Positions 1-12,520 of a DNA stretch of 64,000 nt are shown here, piece after piece. The notes under the pieces are model-generated. The model saw only the letters and a program-made list of their open reading frames with translations, made no database searches and had not been told where the DNA came from. Made by a program: the position numbers and the translations under genes. Every line of letters starts with the position of its first letter. Within the stretch, counting starts at the first letter, position 1. The DNA is from the human T2T-CHM13v2.0 reference genome, Homo sapiens, in assembly GCF_009914755.1 (NCBI RefSeq), contig NC_060933.1. The stretch is one strand, 5' to 3'.

Positions 1-112
1 GACTCTAGACCAGTGTTCTTCAGAGGGGTTGAGTTTTCTCCCAGAGAGAATGTGGGATGACACATTGGAGTGTGGAAGAAAATGCTGAACTGTTATTTTA
101 AAATGTTTTATT

Positions 113-465
113 AGTTATGGTGGATTGAATTGTGTCCTTCCAAAACATATGCTCAATGCCTAACTACCAGTAGCTATGAATGTTACCTTGTTTGGAAATA
201 GGGTTTTGCACCTGTAACCAAGTTCACATGAGGCCACACTGAATTTGAGTAGATTCCAAATTCCATGACTGTCCTCATAAGAAGAGGAGAGGACACAGAG
301 ATACATGCAGGGAAGACAGCCATGTGAAGACAGAAGCAGAGACTGGAGCCACGCAGCTCCAAGGAATCCCAGGGACTGCAAGGCACCGTAAGAAGCTGAA
401 AAGCAAAGGGCAGCTTCTTCCTTTCAGCTTTCAGAGGAAATGTGGCCCTGCTGACACTTTACAGC
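113..465 (+). mobile_element. MLT1 (MaLR) LTR remnant, MLT1B/C-like
   Basis: gattgaattgtgtcc...gaatgttaccttgtttggaaatagggt...gtcctcataagaagagga...gccctgctgacac. Confidence 0.8.
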
Positions 466-1413
466 ATTTCTGTCAAAAATTCAGTGTTTATTATTATAAG
501 TAATAATACATTATAAAAATATGAATATTCAACAATGGGAAATTATTAAATAGTGCTATATATTCATATAATGCCATTGAAAACTACATTTTCAAGAATT
601 ATGATATAGGATAGACACTTGCTTACGTCAAATAAAAGAAGGAATATATGAAGCAATACTTAAGCATCATTTTGTTAAACATTCACATCTATAAGTACAC
701 AGAGAAAAAAATAGAATATAACAGCTGAAATAATATATTATCATTATGGTTAGATTCAACAAGACTCTAATCACATTTAAAATAATATGGTGCAACATTA
801 GTGAGTAAATACCAGCCATGTGATGGGCACACGGGTCAGAGCTAGAAGAACATGAGTAACATTGTAGAGCAAAAAAAGTCACCTAAAGCTGCACTGGCAC
901 ATTCTATTACTTCACTGTGCTGAGTAATGCACAACAGTTTCTTCCATAATTACTTCTGATGAAGATGAACACATATATAACTATGGAGAGGTTTTATTTT
1001 ATGTGATGTCCACGGTAAAGCAGTTTAACAGTGACCATTAGAAATAGCAATGATTGCAATGATGTTTCCTATGCTTTAATTCTTTGATCAGCATTTCTTC
1101 TAGGTTTATAAACTACAAAGCTCATCAAACTCTCTCCAAACCAAATCCCTTGGCAAATCTGGGTATAGCAGGCCTTCACAGGGATCCAAAAATTTTAAAT
1201 AATGTTTCAAAATATTTTGGTACAAGTGGCTGAGCTAGATCCAACAATCAGCCTATATTTATTTTTCAATGCATCCTTTTGATTTCTATTTTTGTATGTC
1301 TTACAAAATATATAATATATGAGTTTCTATATATGCATATGTTCACATAGATCTGTCTATGCATGTGTGTGTATATATATGTGGATAGGTATATATAGCA
1401 TGTCTGTATATAT

Positions 1414-1416
<3 letters not shown>

Positions 1417-1464
<48 letters not shown>
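1417..1464. repeat. (TG)24 microsatellite
   Basis: Perfect dinucleotide run. Confidence 0.98.
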
Positions 1465-1467
<3 letters not shown>

Positions 1468-4019
1468 CTAGAGAGAAACTACTTAGTTCTGGACTTTCTA
1501 TTATTATTACTGTAGTACATGCACATAATTAAAAGATAAATATTGGTATACTTGGGGAAGACATACGTAAAGTGTTTTTATTCATAGGTGCAGATGATCA
1601 AAAACTTTAAAGACCACTTCTATGAACTTTCAGGATATAAATTTCGTAAAGTTAATGAAAACACTCGGTTCTATTTTATTGCCAGGGCAATAAATTGAAT
1701 GACAGCTCCAGAAAGATGGGAGACTGTCAAAAAATAAAATGTTAACAGTACAATCAAAAATGGGCCTGATGGGGAAGAAAAGGGCAGTTATTGTCACACC
1801 TGTGAGGTTGCATAGGGAGCTCTTCTAGGAGTTCAGAGTTTAAAAGAATATTTGACACTAAGGGAGGGGGAGATTCTATCCAAAGAAGTACAAAGGGACA
1901 GCACCTTACTGAAAAAGAATGAAAACACTGACATTCACGAAGTGCAGAGGCTTTTAGAAAATACCAAGGAAAACAAGGATTTCAAACCCAAAATATCTGA
2001 AGAGATACATTAAGAATAAGGATGAGAATAAGGGAAGAGGAATTGGAATTAAGATACTGTGGGCTTACTGTGTGTTAATCACAAATACTATCTTCTCTCT
2101 TTTAATATTTGTAAAAGTGTGGTGAGATGATGATTACAAATATTACTTTATAGGTGATGGATGAGGTGAGGAAACTGGGATGCTAGATTCATTAACTTGC
2201 CCAAGATCACTCCAGCACCAACCAGTATATAGAAGAGACTGAACAGAACCAGGACATAGCAGACTCCAAACCCTGGTCTCTTCACTACATAAGGGTGCTA
2301 ACCTAATAAGATTAAAAACTTCCTCCCTTCCTTTCTTCCTTTGCAAAACATTACATGGCCATATTTTAGCTGCTTCATTCAATTGTGCTAGACTAAGTTC
2401 TTAATGAGAGGCGGATATCAGCTCATGACACCTTCACTCCGTAATTCCACAATATTTCTGGGTCTCTGAAATACATTAGGTAAAGAGGGATACACCATAG
2501 AGTAAGACTCACTCTCTCTTCTCAGGCAGCTCACATATAGCAAATTACAGCAATAAATGGGTGCTCTAACAGAGGTACTACAGGGCTGTAGGAGCTGTGG
2601 GCAGGTGTGTGAAGTAGATGGTTTTCCTCCTTCTTACCTACTAGGGAAAATGAAGGAAAGAAGGGTAGAAAAAATATTACCCATAAGGATGAAACACAAG
2701 GTGTGTCAGAAAAAAAGTAACAGAAGAATAAGATGATTTAAATTCACTCACAAAATTATATACTAAGAAACTGTAAAAATATAAATATAGGAAAGAAAAA
2801 GAATGTTATCCTGGTTTGCAAAAAGCAGAAAAGGCAAAGTCCAAAATTCCAGGCAGATGATGGCTATTGCTCCTTTGCACTTTTCTTTTTTTTCTTTTTC
2901 TTTTTTTTTTTTTTAGAACTGGTCATTAAACAGATGGTTTATAAGGATTTAGAAAGAAAGTAGTAACTTTCAGGATGAACATGGCATAAGTCAGCATTTT
3001 CCACTTTTCCTTCTGGAAGCTATCCAAAAACAAGGAGAATCGAAATATTCTGCAGATGGCAAACCTCATTTTCTGTAACACTAGGAGAACGAGATAATCT
3101 GCAGCCTTTGACATATGTGTAAGGGTTGTAAAAGCAGTCAAGACTGGTTATTAGTCATGTGGGAAAAGGTACAAAAGAAGTGCAAAGAGGGACAAAAGAG
3201 CCCAGGGGTAGCACATCTTAGCACCTGAAGATGAGAAGCATTTTTCTGAAATGCAAAAGGTGTATTCCTTGTTTGTAACATCTTGTGCAGGAATTGTGGT
3301 GAGCAGAACTTTGGGCAGAAATGCTCCTGGAACTGGAGCATGGTGGAACTACCTCAACAATACAAGAGGGGCCATTCTTGCAGGAAGCAGTGTGATTCTG
3401 TGGCAACCTAGAAGGAGAAAAGGTTTGAGTTGAGAAAAACCGAGAGCATGAAAACTGTCACATCTTCTTCTGCCACAGAAACTTCCTCCTGTAAACAGCT
3501 GCCCAGGAAAGTCCTATAATTTGATGAACGACAAGAACATCAAAACAAGTGAGAGAGAGGTGATCAAGAACAAAAGTAGAAAAAAAGTAGTAAAATTTAC
3601 AAACACATGAAAAACATGTATCAGTAAAATGATGCCGTGGCACATGTAAAAAAGGTGAGCAAATATTTTGTCACAATTTTTAAAACACAATGAAGGCTTC
3701 ACCTCTATGGAGGAAGCAATAACTTCCATGAAGGAAGATCATGATGCAGACGGAAGAGAACCAGAAGGATCTTGATGTGCAGATATGGAAATGTCTTTGA
3801 GATGTATTGTTAAGTGAAAAAGGACATAGAAAACAGATACAGAATGTTACTATTTAGGTATAAAAGCAGTGAGGGGGAAATAAATAAGAAAGTAGATTCT
3901 TGCCTTTACAGTGTTTTGTAATTTTATGTCTAAAATGAAACTCTGAGAGGATATGCAAGAAATAATAACAGAGGCTACATGATGGGGGAAGGGGAGGGGC
4001 ACAAATGAGGTTAAGGAGA

Positions 4020-5050
4020 TAGAAAGTCATGGTAATTAGAGATCTAGCTCAGTTTCACTAAAATAAAAGCTATGTCCAATTAGTTTCATTTCCTTTCTAT
4101 TGGCAGAGTTATTGGACTGGGCTATGAGAGTAAAGTCAGAAATTAAGCTTATTTAGATATCATATTCCAAAAAGGTCATATCATATTTCGTTCTGGCCTA
4201 GATGGAGAAATGTGGGCTGGGAATGAACACAGGGAGTGGATTTTGAGCTACTTCCATGACCAAAGCCAAAAGGTGTGAAGAAAGCTGGATAGCAAACTTT
4301 GAAGGAAGATTCCATCCTTGGCCTTTTTCTACTTAATATTTTTTAAATAAAAATTTGCCTATTAAATCTACAAAAGATAAAATGGTAGGAATCACTAATA
4401 TGCTAAAAAAAATTAAAAGAAATAATGCACTGGCTCTGGTAAAGATCCAAAAACAGTAGATAATTGAATGAGTGGAATAAATACAAAAACCTGTACCGAA
4501 GTTGAAAAAGACCTGCTGCATGCTAGGAAAAGGGAGAAATGTGATTTAAAAGTCAATCATGCAAAAATATACTTCTTGTGTTTAATTGACTATACACTCA
4601 AGTAAAATGGATCCCAAACTTAAAAATATATTACTATGATTCAAAACAGAAATAGTTACTATTGCTCTGATCCCAACATTTATCAGAATACATATGCTGT
4701 TGTCCTGTAATTAGTTCTGAAGAAACATTTTAAAAGGGGACATTGATAACCAGGGTATTTCAGAGGGGAGAACTTAGAATTTCAAACTATTTCAAAATCA
4801 CTTTTATAGGAGGAAGGAGTTGAGGATGTTAGCTTAAAGACAGGTAGCCTAGAAGGACATTTGGTAAAACTCTCCAAATATTTGAACAATTGCCATTTAG
4901 AGGTTAGAGCCAACCTACCTTGTTCTAGTTCAGAAACACAACCAAGATCAATAAGTAGAATTTATAGAAAGTAAGATATAGAATCAACAGCAAGGATAAT
5001 TTTTTAATAATTGGAGATGTTGAAAATGGGAGACATTAATAGCCAAGGAC
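4020..5050 (+). mobile_element. Ancient CR1/L3 LINE fragment
   Basis: Degenerate L3-like blocks (gatggagaaatgtgggctgg; ggacattgataac...cagagg; ctctccaaatatttgaacaattgcc); boundaries approximate. Confidence 0.55.
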
Positions 5051-5149
5051 CATATGAAGAGCGACTTAACCTTACCAAAAATTAAATACAAACCAAACAA
5101 CAAGATTCTACTGTAAAAAAATATTTTTGGGTCTATCAGACTGACACAA

Positions 5150-5760
5150 ATCATAGAGATGGATAACATGAAGTTTAGGAAAAGATGTAGAGAAATGAAC
5201 ATGTTTATTTATTGCTGGCGCAAGGGGAAATTGGTGCAACCATTGAGAAAAGTAGTATCTACCAGAGCGTAACATGCACATACTCTGTGATTCAGCATTT
5301 CCATTTCTAGGCATCTCATTTGAAAACACTCATGTCACCGTGCACACTATGTGTTCCGAGATGTTCACTGCAGAATTTTTTGCAATGCCAAAATAATTGA
5401 AAGCAACCTGAATCAGTCAATCAGAGATTTTTTTAAAAAAAAAACATTATAGTATATTCATGCTCTGGACTATTCTGCGTGTATTAAAAAGAACAAAAAA
5501 GATCTATCTGTGCAGATTCAGGACTTATTACTAAGTAAAAATTAAGTTGCGGACTTGTAGTATAACTTGTACAAACAAGCCCCACCATGATGTTATTTGT
5601 TGGCACATCATGGAAAAATCACCTGAAAGTATACAAATCAAACTGTCACATCAGAGGTGTGGGGTGAGGTGTGAGAGTGGAAAAGGACTCTATACACTTT
5701 TGTAGTTTTGAATTATATGGGAGTATGTTAGGTTTTTGTAATTAAAGAAATAAAGACTTT
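5150..5760 (+). mobile_element. Old L1M (L1ME-like) 3' fragment
   Basis: aattggtgcaaccat...gattcagcatttccatttctaggcat...gatgttcactgcag...aattgaaagcaacc. Confidence 0.6.
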
Positions 5761-6496
5761 AAAAATGAAAGGGTCAATTTGTGAGGTGGTGAGCTCTTTG
5801 TCACAGGAGTATTCAAGCACAGGCCTTTTTCTGCTTAATAGTTTTGAAATAAAAATTTGACTATTACATCTGCAAAAGATAAAATAGAAGGAAGAGTGTG
5901 AGGTAGTGAGGAAAGAAAGCTGAATAAGATGACCTCTGAGTACCCTTGATACCCTGAAGGTCGTAGAACCCCTTCTCTACTCTTCTATCCTCTAATTCAC
6001 ACAGCAGAGTTCCAACAAGGTGAAATAGGATACTGAAAAAATGAGAGATAAATCGAGGTATATCTTGCAGATAACTCATGAAATCCAATACCACAGAGTC
6101 CTTCCTGATACTATATACTGCCTCTGGAATGCTTTTGTCCCCTGTATACAGATCAATTTTATTGTACTAAATTTGGGGGTATGTGGCCAGACCGATGTAA
6201 GTCAGTCCAGGAAGCTGACACAAGGTTTAAACACCTGATCATTCAAGCCTTGGCAAGTGCTCCTGTGAGCTGCTGGATTTCCTTCCTTCCTTCCTCCATG
6301 GTCAGCTGGAGAACACTGCCCTTAAGTTATCTGAAGCTCCTCTTCGTTACCACACACAGTGCTCAGGCAGGCCTCTGGAAAGCCTGCTGTCCATTTGTAG
6401 GTGCTGGAGTCTTAGGGGCCTGCCAGCTTCCTCCTGCTCCCAGACCTCAATGCCCTGGAAACAGAGGTGAAAGCACATCTGTACTTTCCTGCTTAC

Positions 6497-6634
6497 CATT
6501 TATTGGCTACAAACAGCACTTTCCCTGACAGTGTCTTCCCTTCCTTGGCAAAGAGAGGAGTCTGCAGGAGGCACTGCACCTGGTACCAATGAGTCAGAGG
6601 CTCAGCTGGGGCTGTTGACAGCCAAACAGTTACC
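6497..6634 (-). pseudogene. CARM1P1: CARM1-like exon, 138 nt: (L)[47 protein letters not shown] (THW loop)
   Basis: Acceptor ttttcttgccctatag|G and donor ATG|gtaagc; THW motif of type I PRMTs. Confidence 0.96.
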
Positions 6635-6778
6635 CTATAGGGCAAGAAAAGAGATAAAAGCCAATCACATGCCAGACCCACATTAATGGGTTGGATTGGA
6701 AACTAAGGTTGATAGTGGTTTTTGTTCTTTTGACTCATAGAGCCCTTTGATGAGAAGGATAGCTCAATTTATGGAGCA

Positions 6779-7073
6779 GGTTGGGCGCGGTGGCTCACGG
6801 CTGTGTAATCCCAGCACTTTGGGAAGCCAAGGTGGGCGAATCACAAGGTCAGGAGATCGAGACCAGCCTGGCCAATACGGTGAAACCCCATCTCTACTAA
6901 AAATACAAAAATTAGATGGGCATGGTGGCAGGCCCCTGTAGTCCCCGCTACTTGGGAGGCTGAAGCAGGAGAATAGCTTGAACCCAGGAGGCAGAAGTTG
7001 CAGTGACTAAGATTACACCACTGCACTCCAGCCTGGGCGACAGAGCAAGACTCCATCTCAAAAAAATAAAATA
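6779..7073 (+). mobile_element. Full-length AluS
   Basis: Dimeric Alu with A-tail; TSD aatttatggagca (6766-6778) / aaattatggagca (7074-7086). Confidence 0.97.
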
Positions 7074-7761
7074 AAATTATGGAGCAAGTACCACATGTTG
7101 AGTACTGAATTAAGAGTTTATGTATATAATTTTAGTAAATCTATACAATCGTCCTATGAAGTATGCCCAGAGAGGTTAAACAACTTGCCCGACATCACAC
7201 AGGACAACTGGAGAGTCATGCTTCAAACTCATAGACTTGGCCACCATGGCAACCTGTATTTCTGAATCAAAGCTCATTAGAGGCCCAATAAGTAACAAGG
7301 TTAAATCAGAAGCTGATTTGCTTGACTAGTGTAGCAAAGGGAGATGTCTAGAGTCTGGTCTCTTACTGACTCCTGCCAACCTGTTCAGGGGTCTTGAAGG
7401 GGCTTCTGGAAGCAAGAAAAACTACTAGAGCAGATGACCTCTACCATGCTTCCAGCCCAGACATCCTGTGTGTGTCTGCCTGAGTGTTAAATTGAGTTTC
7501 CTCAGTTCATATGAAAAAGTGAGAAAGTCTTGCTGTGCTTCTACACCAAGGTCACGTGTTCAGTGGTTGTGCAGTGGTTGCTGGCTGGAGAGGAGCAAGG
7601 GGCACATTAAGCATGGGGAAAATTCCTAAAGGGTTAATTTTGACTAGAAGATTTGGGGAAAAATTTTATGTAATTTAGCTGCCTAAGAATATAAATGACC
7701 TTTATATCAAAATATACTGAGATATAATATAGAATAAAATGCAAATCTTCCTTCCCCTTCT

Positions 7762-7948
7762 TCTTTTTTTTTGAAACAGGGTAGAAACCCTGTTTTGAAG
7801 CCTGTTTTTCTGTTGCCCAGGGGATCAAGTGATTCTCCCACCTCAGCCTCCCGCGTAGCTGGGACTACAGGCATTCACCACCACACCCAGCTAATTTTTA
7901 AAAAATTTTTTGTGAGATAGGGTCTTGCTACGTTGCCCAAGCTGGCCC
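7762..7948 (-). mobile_element. Partial, rearranged AluJ-like element
   Basis: T-tract, cctcagcctccc..gtagctgggactacagg and gtcttgctacgttgcccaagctgg. Confidence 0.85.
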
Positions 7949-9044
7949 ACAAATTTTCTATATATATATTTTTTAAAAAGATAAAGCATTTAACTTCAAA
8001 GACACTTCCCCCTTGAGGTAGGCCACTTCAAGCTTGTCTCTCTCACCCTTGCAGGACCAAATTCATTTACATGGGTTATTACAGAGAGGAGCAAATGTAT
8101 GTATTCTTTGAACAAATATGTTCATACGGAGTCAAGATGATTTGTGCCTCATTTTATTTTTCTCAGATTGTCAGCTCTGACAAGGTTTCCAGGGGTCCCC
8201 TCTCTTGAGTCTTCCCCCAGACCCCCAAGCTGTATTACAGCCCCATGGGCATTTCTTTCTAAGCAGGTACAATGATAAGCCTGGGCATTCTCACAAGGAA
8301 TGGAGGAGAGTTACACGGTAAACATTTTCCTCCACTTGGGCATGTGACCCAGACCAGATCTCTTTGCTAGTTGGAACATACTAGAAAGCCTGGGAAGAGA
8401 GTAGGGCAGTCAGGAAGAGAACAGAGATTTGGTGGCCATGGAGTGGTGCAGCCCACATGAGGAACACCACACAGTGACAGCCAACGTGTAGGTAGTCTTT
8501 CCCCTCTTTTCCCTGCAACTTTCAAACCTGTGCAGTAGGAAGGTGCACAGATAGCGAATTTTCCTAATGTTGCAACTAGCATTAGTAATACACACCTGCC
8601 TGATCGTCACAGGACTCCAGAGTATAAACCAAAATCAGGAAAAGTATAATTCCAGGCATCACCCAGATACAAGAGATAGTATAACCAGGTGTGTCAGAAA
8701 CAAAAGCAAAGGCTTGGGGTACCACCCCATCGATTCTATTAAAGACCAAGAAGGTTCAAAAAGCACAAACCCTCTCTCACTCCTCCAAAGCTCAATTCAT
8801 TTGGCTTAAGAGGCTTTGCGTAGTTTAGTTAGAGTTGATATGACACACAGAAAAGCATCTCATTTTCACTTTTTCCTAAAATCTAAAATTAACATTAACA
8901 TCTGTGTTTATTTCCTTGAAAATTGGAGAAACAAGAATTAGTGTCATTAAAATCAATTATTAAACACTTTAAAATTGTGATTACAAATAGTAGATAGCAT
9001 GGGGTAGAGCAGACTGAGAAAATGTTGGTGGGGGGTATACATAC

Positions 9045-9132
9045 AGAGATCCAACAAATGCCACATCAAACCAGAACGCCAGGCCATGGATGAGCCCAGA
9101 CTGCCATCTGAAACACAAAGGGAATTTCTACT
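9045..9132 (-). pseudogene. CARM1P1: CARM1-like exon, 88 nt (90 expected), frameshifted: VEIPFVFQM/fs/QSGLIHGLAFWFDVAFVGS(L)
   Basis: Acceptor tttccttacag|A and donor TCT|gtatgt. ATG G CAG at 9107-9101 shows a missing dinucleotide; the shifted frame reaches TGA at 9068-9066. Confidence 0.95.
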
Positions 9133-11590
9133 CTGTAAGGAAATAAAAAAGATGAAAGACTCGAAACTATTGTTGTTGTTGGCAGATGTACTAGATACAT
9201 TTGTGAGGTCAGTAGGAATATTTTCTTTCTCTCTTGGGCACTTTTGCCTTGGCAGCCAAGTTCTCTCAGTGTGTGATTAATGCTTGGGTGATGCTGCACA
9301 TTTGAGAAGCTTACTTCTTGACAAAATCCTTCAAGAACCACGCTACTCTGCTGCAATGACCTGGAACTGCATAGGGTGAATGTAACATCTGGAGCTGGGT
9401 TTGACTAGAGAAGAGGAGCATGACTCAGGACACAGAGGGCAGCCATCCTTCAATAAGCCAAAGCATGGGCAGGGACAGTTCCCCTACAAAGCTGCTCAAA
9501 GGGAAAGGTTGTTCAGGCCTCTAAAAATGGACTGGAGCACAAAGGAAACATCGAGCTCAGAAGGCCATCCTCATAGTTAATTTCTTTTTGCGGGAGGCAA
9601 TTTAACTTCCAGTAGGCTATAACAAGAGTCATGCAGAAGTGGCTATGGTTTATGCCAAATGCAGAATAAGTAGGAATAGAAAGAATATTGGGAAATACAC
9701 AATGCAATCTAGATGCTGGACCTATTTTAGCTGTGGAACCTTGGAAGGCACTTAAATTCCCTGAAACTTGGTATCTGCATTTGTTGAAGGGTGACAAAAT
9801 CTCTCTCCTACTTTCCTCATAAGGTTCTTCTGTATGTTAAATGGAAAAACATGTATATAAGAGTTCTTTGCAAACATGTATATAGAGTTCTTTGCCAACT
9901 TTAGAGTGATTCATAATTAAGAGGTGATATTATTGGCTCATTGCTGGGGCTGTATCATTCCAAGGAGTTGGATTTTCTGAAGTGCTTTAGAAGTTTTCAA
10001 AGAAGGTTGTATGTTATCTGTATTCATGGTGTCCCCAAAGACTTAACTTCCTTCACTCTGCTGAAAATAAAATATTTCTAGAGTTTTCCATTGTACTTGG
10101 CACAGTGAATTTATTGGTCTTGACTGTTATTATTTCTTTTCATGTTTTGCATCTCCCTAGATAAACTATGAGCTCCTGAAGAATAGAGACTTTAAAAATT
10201 ACTTTCCACACATGTGCTAGCACCACCACAGTACCTGGCACATAGTAGGATCTCAATAAACATTTGCTGAATTGATGCACAAATGAATGAACGACATCGG
10301 TGGAAAACCCACATAGACATAATTTTCAAAATATTCCCTAGGATTCAGGAGGTAGTTCAGAGCAATAAATAAAGCTAATCAAAGTCGATTTTGTCTGGAT
10401 CTTTGATAGTTATTAAAGTCGTTTGCAAATGCCATTTCTCTTGCTCTGAGCATATGGAAGGATTGCAGTTTTCCATCCACTTGAGCTCAGGTACTGCCAC
10501 ATGATTTGCTTCAACTGATCAAATGTGAACGAAGTGACTTGTGCCGTTTCCAGGCAGAAGCTTTCATTGTCCTTGCATACTTTGACATACTCATTCTTTC
10601 TCCTCAGTGACCAGCATCATTTCAGATAGAAGCTGCTGCACTGGCCCAATTACTAGTGTGTGTAATGCATGGTAGAGATAAAGCTGGTGCATGATGGATA
10701 CATTGTGTAGAAAACAAGACACCTAAGTTATTAGAAGCCGCTGAGGTTTCTTTTTGTTTCTGCAGCATGTTCTAGCCTATCCTAACATCCAGGATACCCT
10801 TTGTGCATCATGATATCAAGATGGATGATTTTTTCATTAGCCAGATGCACCTTCTGAATTCTCACCCTTGCTTCTTCAGTAGCTCCAGGCAAACAACCAT
10901 CTGGCTAAGTCTTAACTTTCTTGTCCAGAAAACAAATATGACTATTAATCTTCTAAGGGAGAAAAAGACAAAATATGAGTGAAAAATCACCCCAAATGGA
11001 TTCATACCACTATCTAAATAAATGGAGCCAAGTCAAGGTAGGAATCCTCATTTCAGAGTCTTTTAAAATGGAGGGGAAGAGGACACAGATGAACATTTAT
11101 TGAGTGCCCTCTTTAGAAATCAGCTGGTGCCTCTAAAACACTTAGCACAGTACCTAGTAAGTAGAAAGTACTTAACAAGTTGTAGCTCTTTGCTTGTCCT
11201 TCATACATTCACTGGCCTAAGTGCATTCACATATATGCTGTTACTTTAGAGGCACAAAGCAGAGTGGCTAAAAGCACAGACTTTGGAGCCTTCTGAAAGG
11301 TTTAAATCCTAGTTCTAATATACTTTTTAATTCTGTGACTTTAGGCAACATATCATTCCACTTTGCCTCGTATGTGTCATCTATAAAATGGGGATAATAT
11401 CCTAGGAAGGAGACATCATTATCTTTATTTAGCAATAAATGAAGCTAATATTGACACATCATTCCCATATGTGACCAATATCTAAAATCTCTCCCCTGTG
11501 TGAGTAGCAAAAGTCTGCAATGAAGTTTTGTGGGTGGGAGATGTAGAGGGAAGATTTTAAACATCAAGAGCAACACTGATTTGCACAAAC

Positions 11591-11676
11591 CTGTGTAGAT
11601 CTTCCTCTTCTGCATCCATAAAGTTTGCTGTGTATTTGACTGTTCCAGCCATCAAAATCCTAACATCAAATGTGTC
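11591..11676 (-). pseudogene. CARM1P1: CARM1-like exon, 86 nt: [28 protein letters not shown](R)
   Basis: Acceptor tttttccccctaag|GAC and donor CAG|gtttgt; matches CARM1 [29 protein letters not shown]. Confidence 0.95.
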
Positions 11677-11944
11677 CTTAGGGGGAAAAATCAAAGATGT
11701 TACCTTTCTGCCAAGATAAACTGAGCTCAAGGAAATTTGAAGTTTAGCTTTTCTCCTGTAATTTTAAGTCATCAGTAGTTGGGATTTAGAAAGCATGAGC
11801 TTAATGAGAATACTGTTAACAATAAAAACGTTTATGAGTACCTACTATGTTAAGCACTGAGTGCTTTTCGTGCTTTACTAAGTGCTAAGGGCTTTACTAG
11901 GATATATCATTTACTCTATAAAAAATCTCTGGAGCAGGCATTTG

Positions 11945-11946
<2 letters not shown>

Positions 11947-11980
<34 letters not shown>
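11947..11980. repeat. (GT)17 microsatellite
   Basis: Perfect run. Confidence 0.98.
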
Positions 11981-11987
<7 letters not shown>

Positions 11988-11999
11988 CTATCCAGAATT

Positions 12000-12520
12000 T
12001 GTTTAGCAGTGCGGATTCATCTCTTCTCCACATTCTGTCCAAAAAGTTCCATGTGAACTTAGTCTACCCTCAGTAACAGGTGTGGCATATGACCCCAGAT
12101 TGGCAAGTCAGAGCACTACTTTTCCCCTGAAGACAGTGATTGATCCGTAGATGAGCACATAATCCAAGGTACGATAACCTCACTGAACTACCTAAACTAA
12201 ATCTGGAGCTCTTTGCTTAAGTTATTAGGAAAAGGCAGGCTTTCCTGTGGAATTTACAGTCGTAAGAATCAGAGGCTGGAGTTTCTGTAGCCATCTTGCT
12301 ACCATGAAGGGAAAGCCTGTCTAGGAAAAGAGTTAAATCAGAGGAAGTGGAGATAAGTGACAAGGATAGAAAAATCATGTCCTGGTGACATTTTTGGAGC
12401 CCCTGCAACAGGTGCCAGAAGCAAACTCTGTCTCCAGGCTTTGTAATTTTTGAAAGACAGTCATTCAATTTTAGCTTAAGCCAATTTGATTTTTCTCCCA
12501 CTTACAACTGAAAGAATTTC
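12000..12520 (+). mobile_element. Old MLT1-type MaLR LTR remnant
   Basis: gccatcttgctaccatgaagggaaagcctgtct...ttttagcttaagccaatttgatttttct..cacttacaactgaaaga. Confidence 0.6.

Noticed and set aside
6455-6496. Acceptor-like ctctgtttccag about 40 nt after the last donor
   Set aside because: The implied intron is too short for the human spliceosome and there is no CARM1 homology after it
7240-7253. RFX X-box-like gccaccatggcaac
   Set aside because: Left half mismatched, isolated, next to a MIR remnant; not supportable
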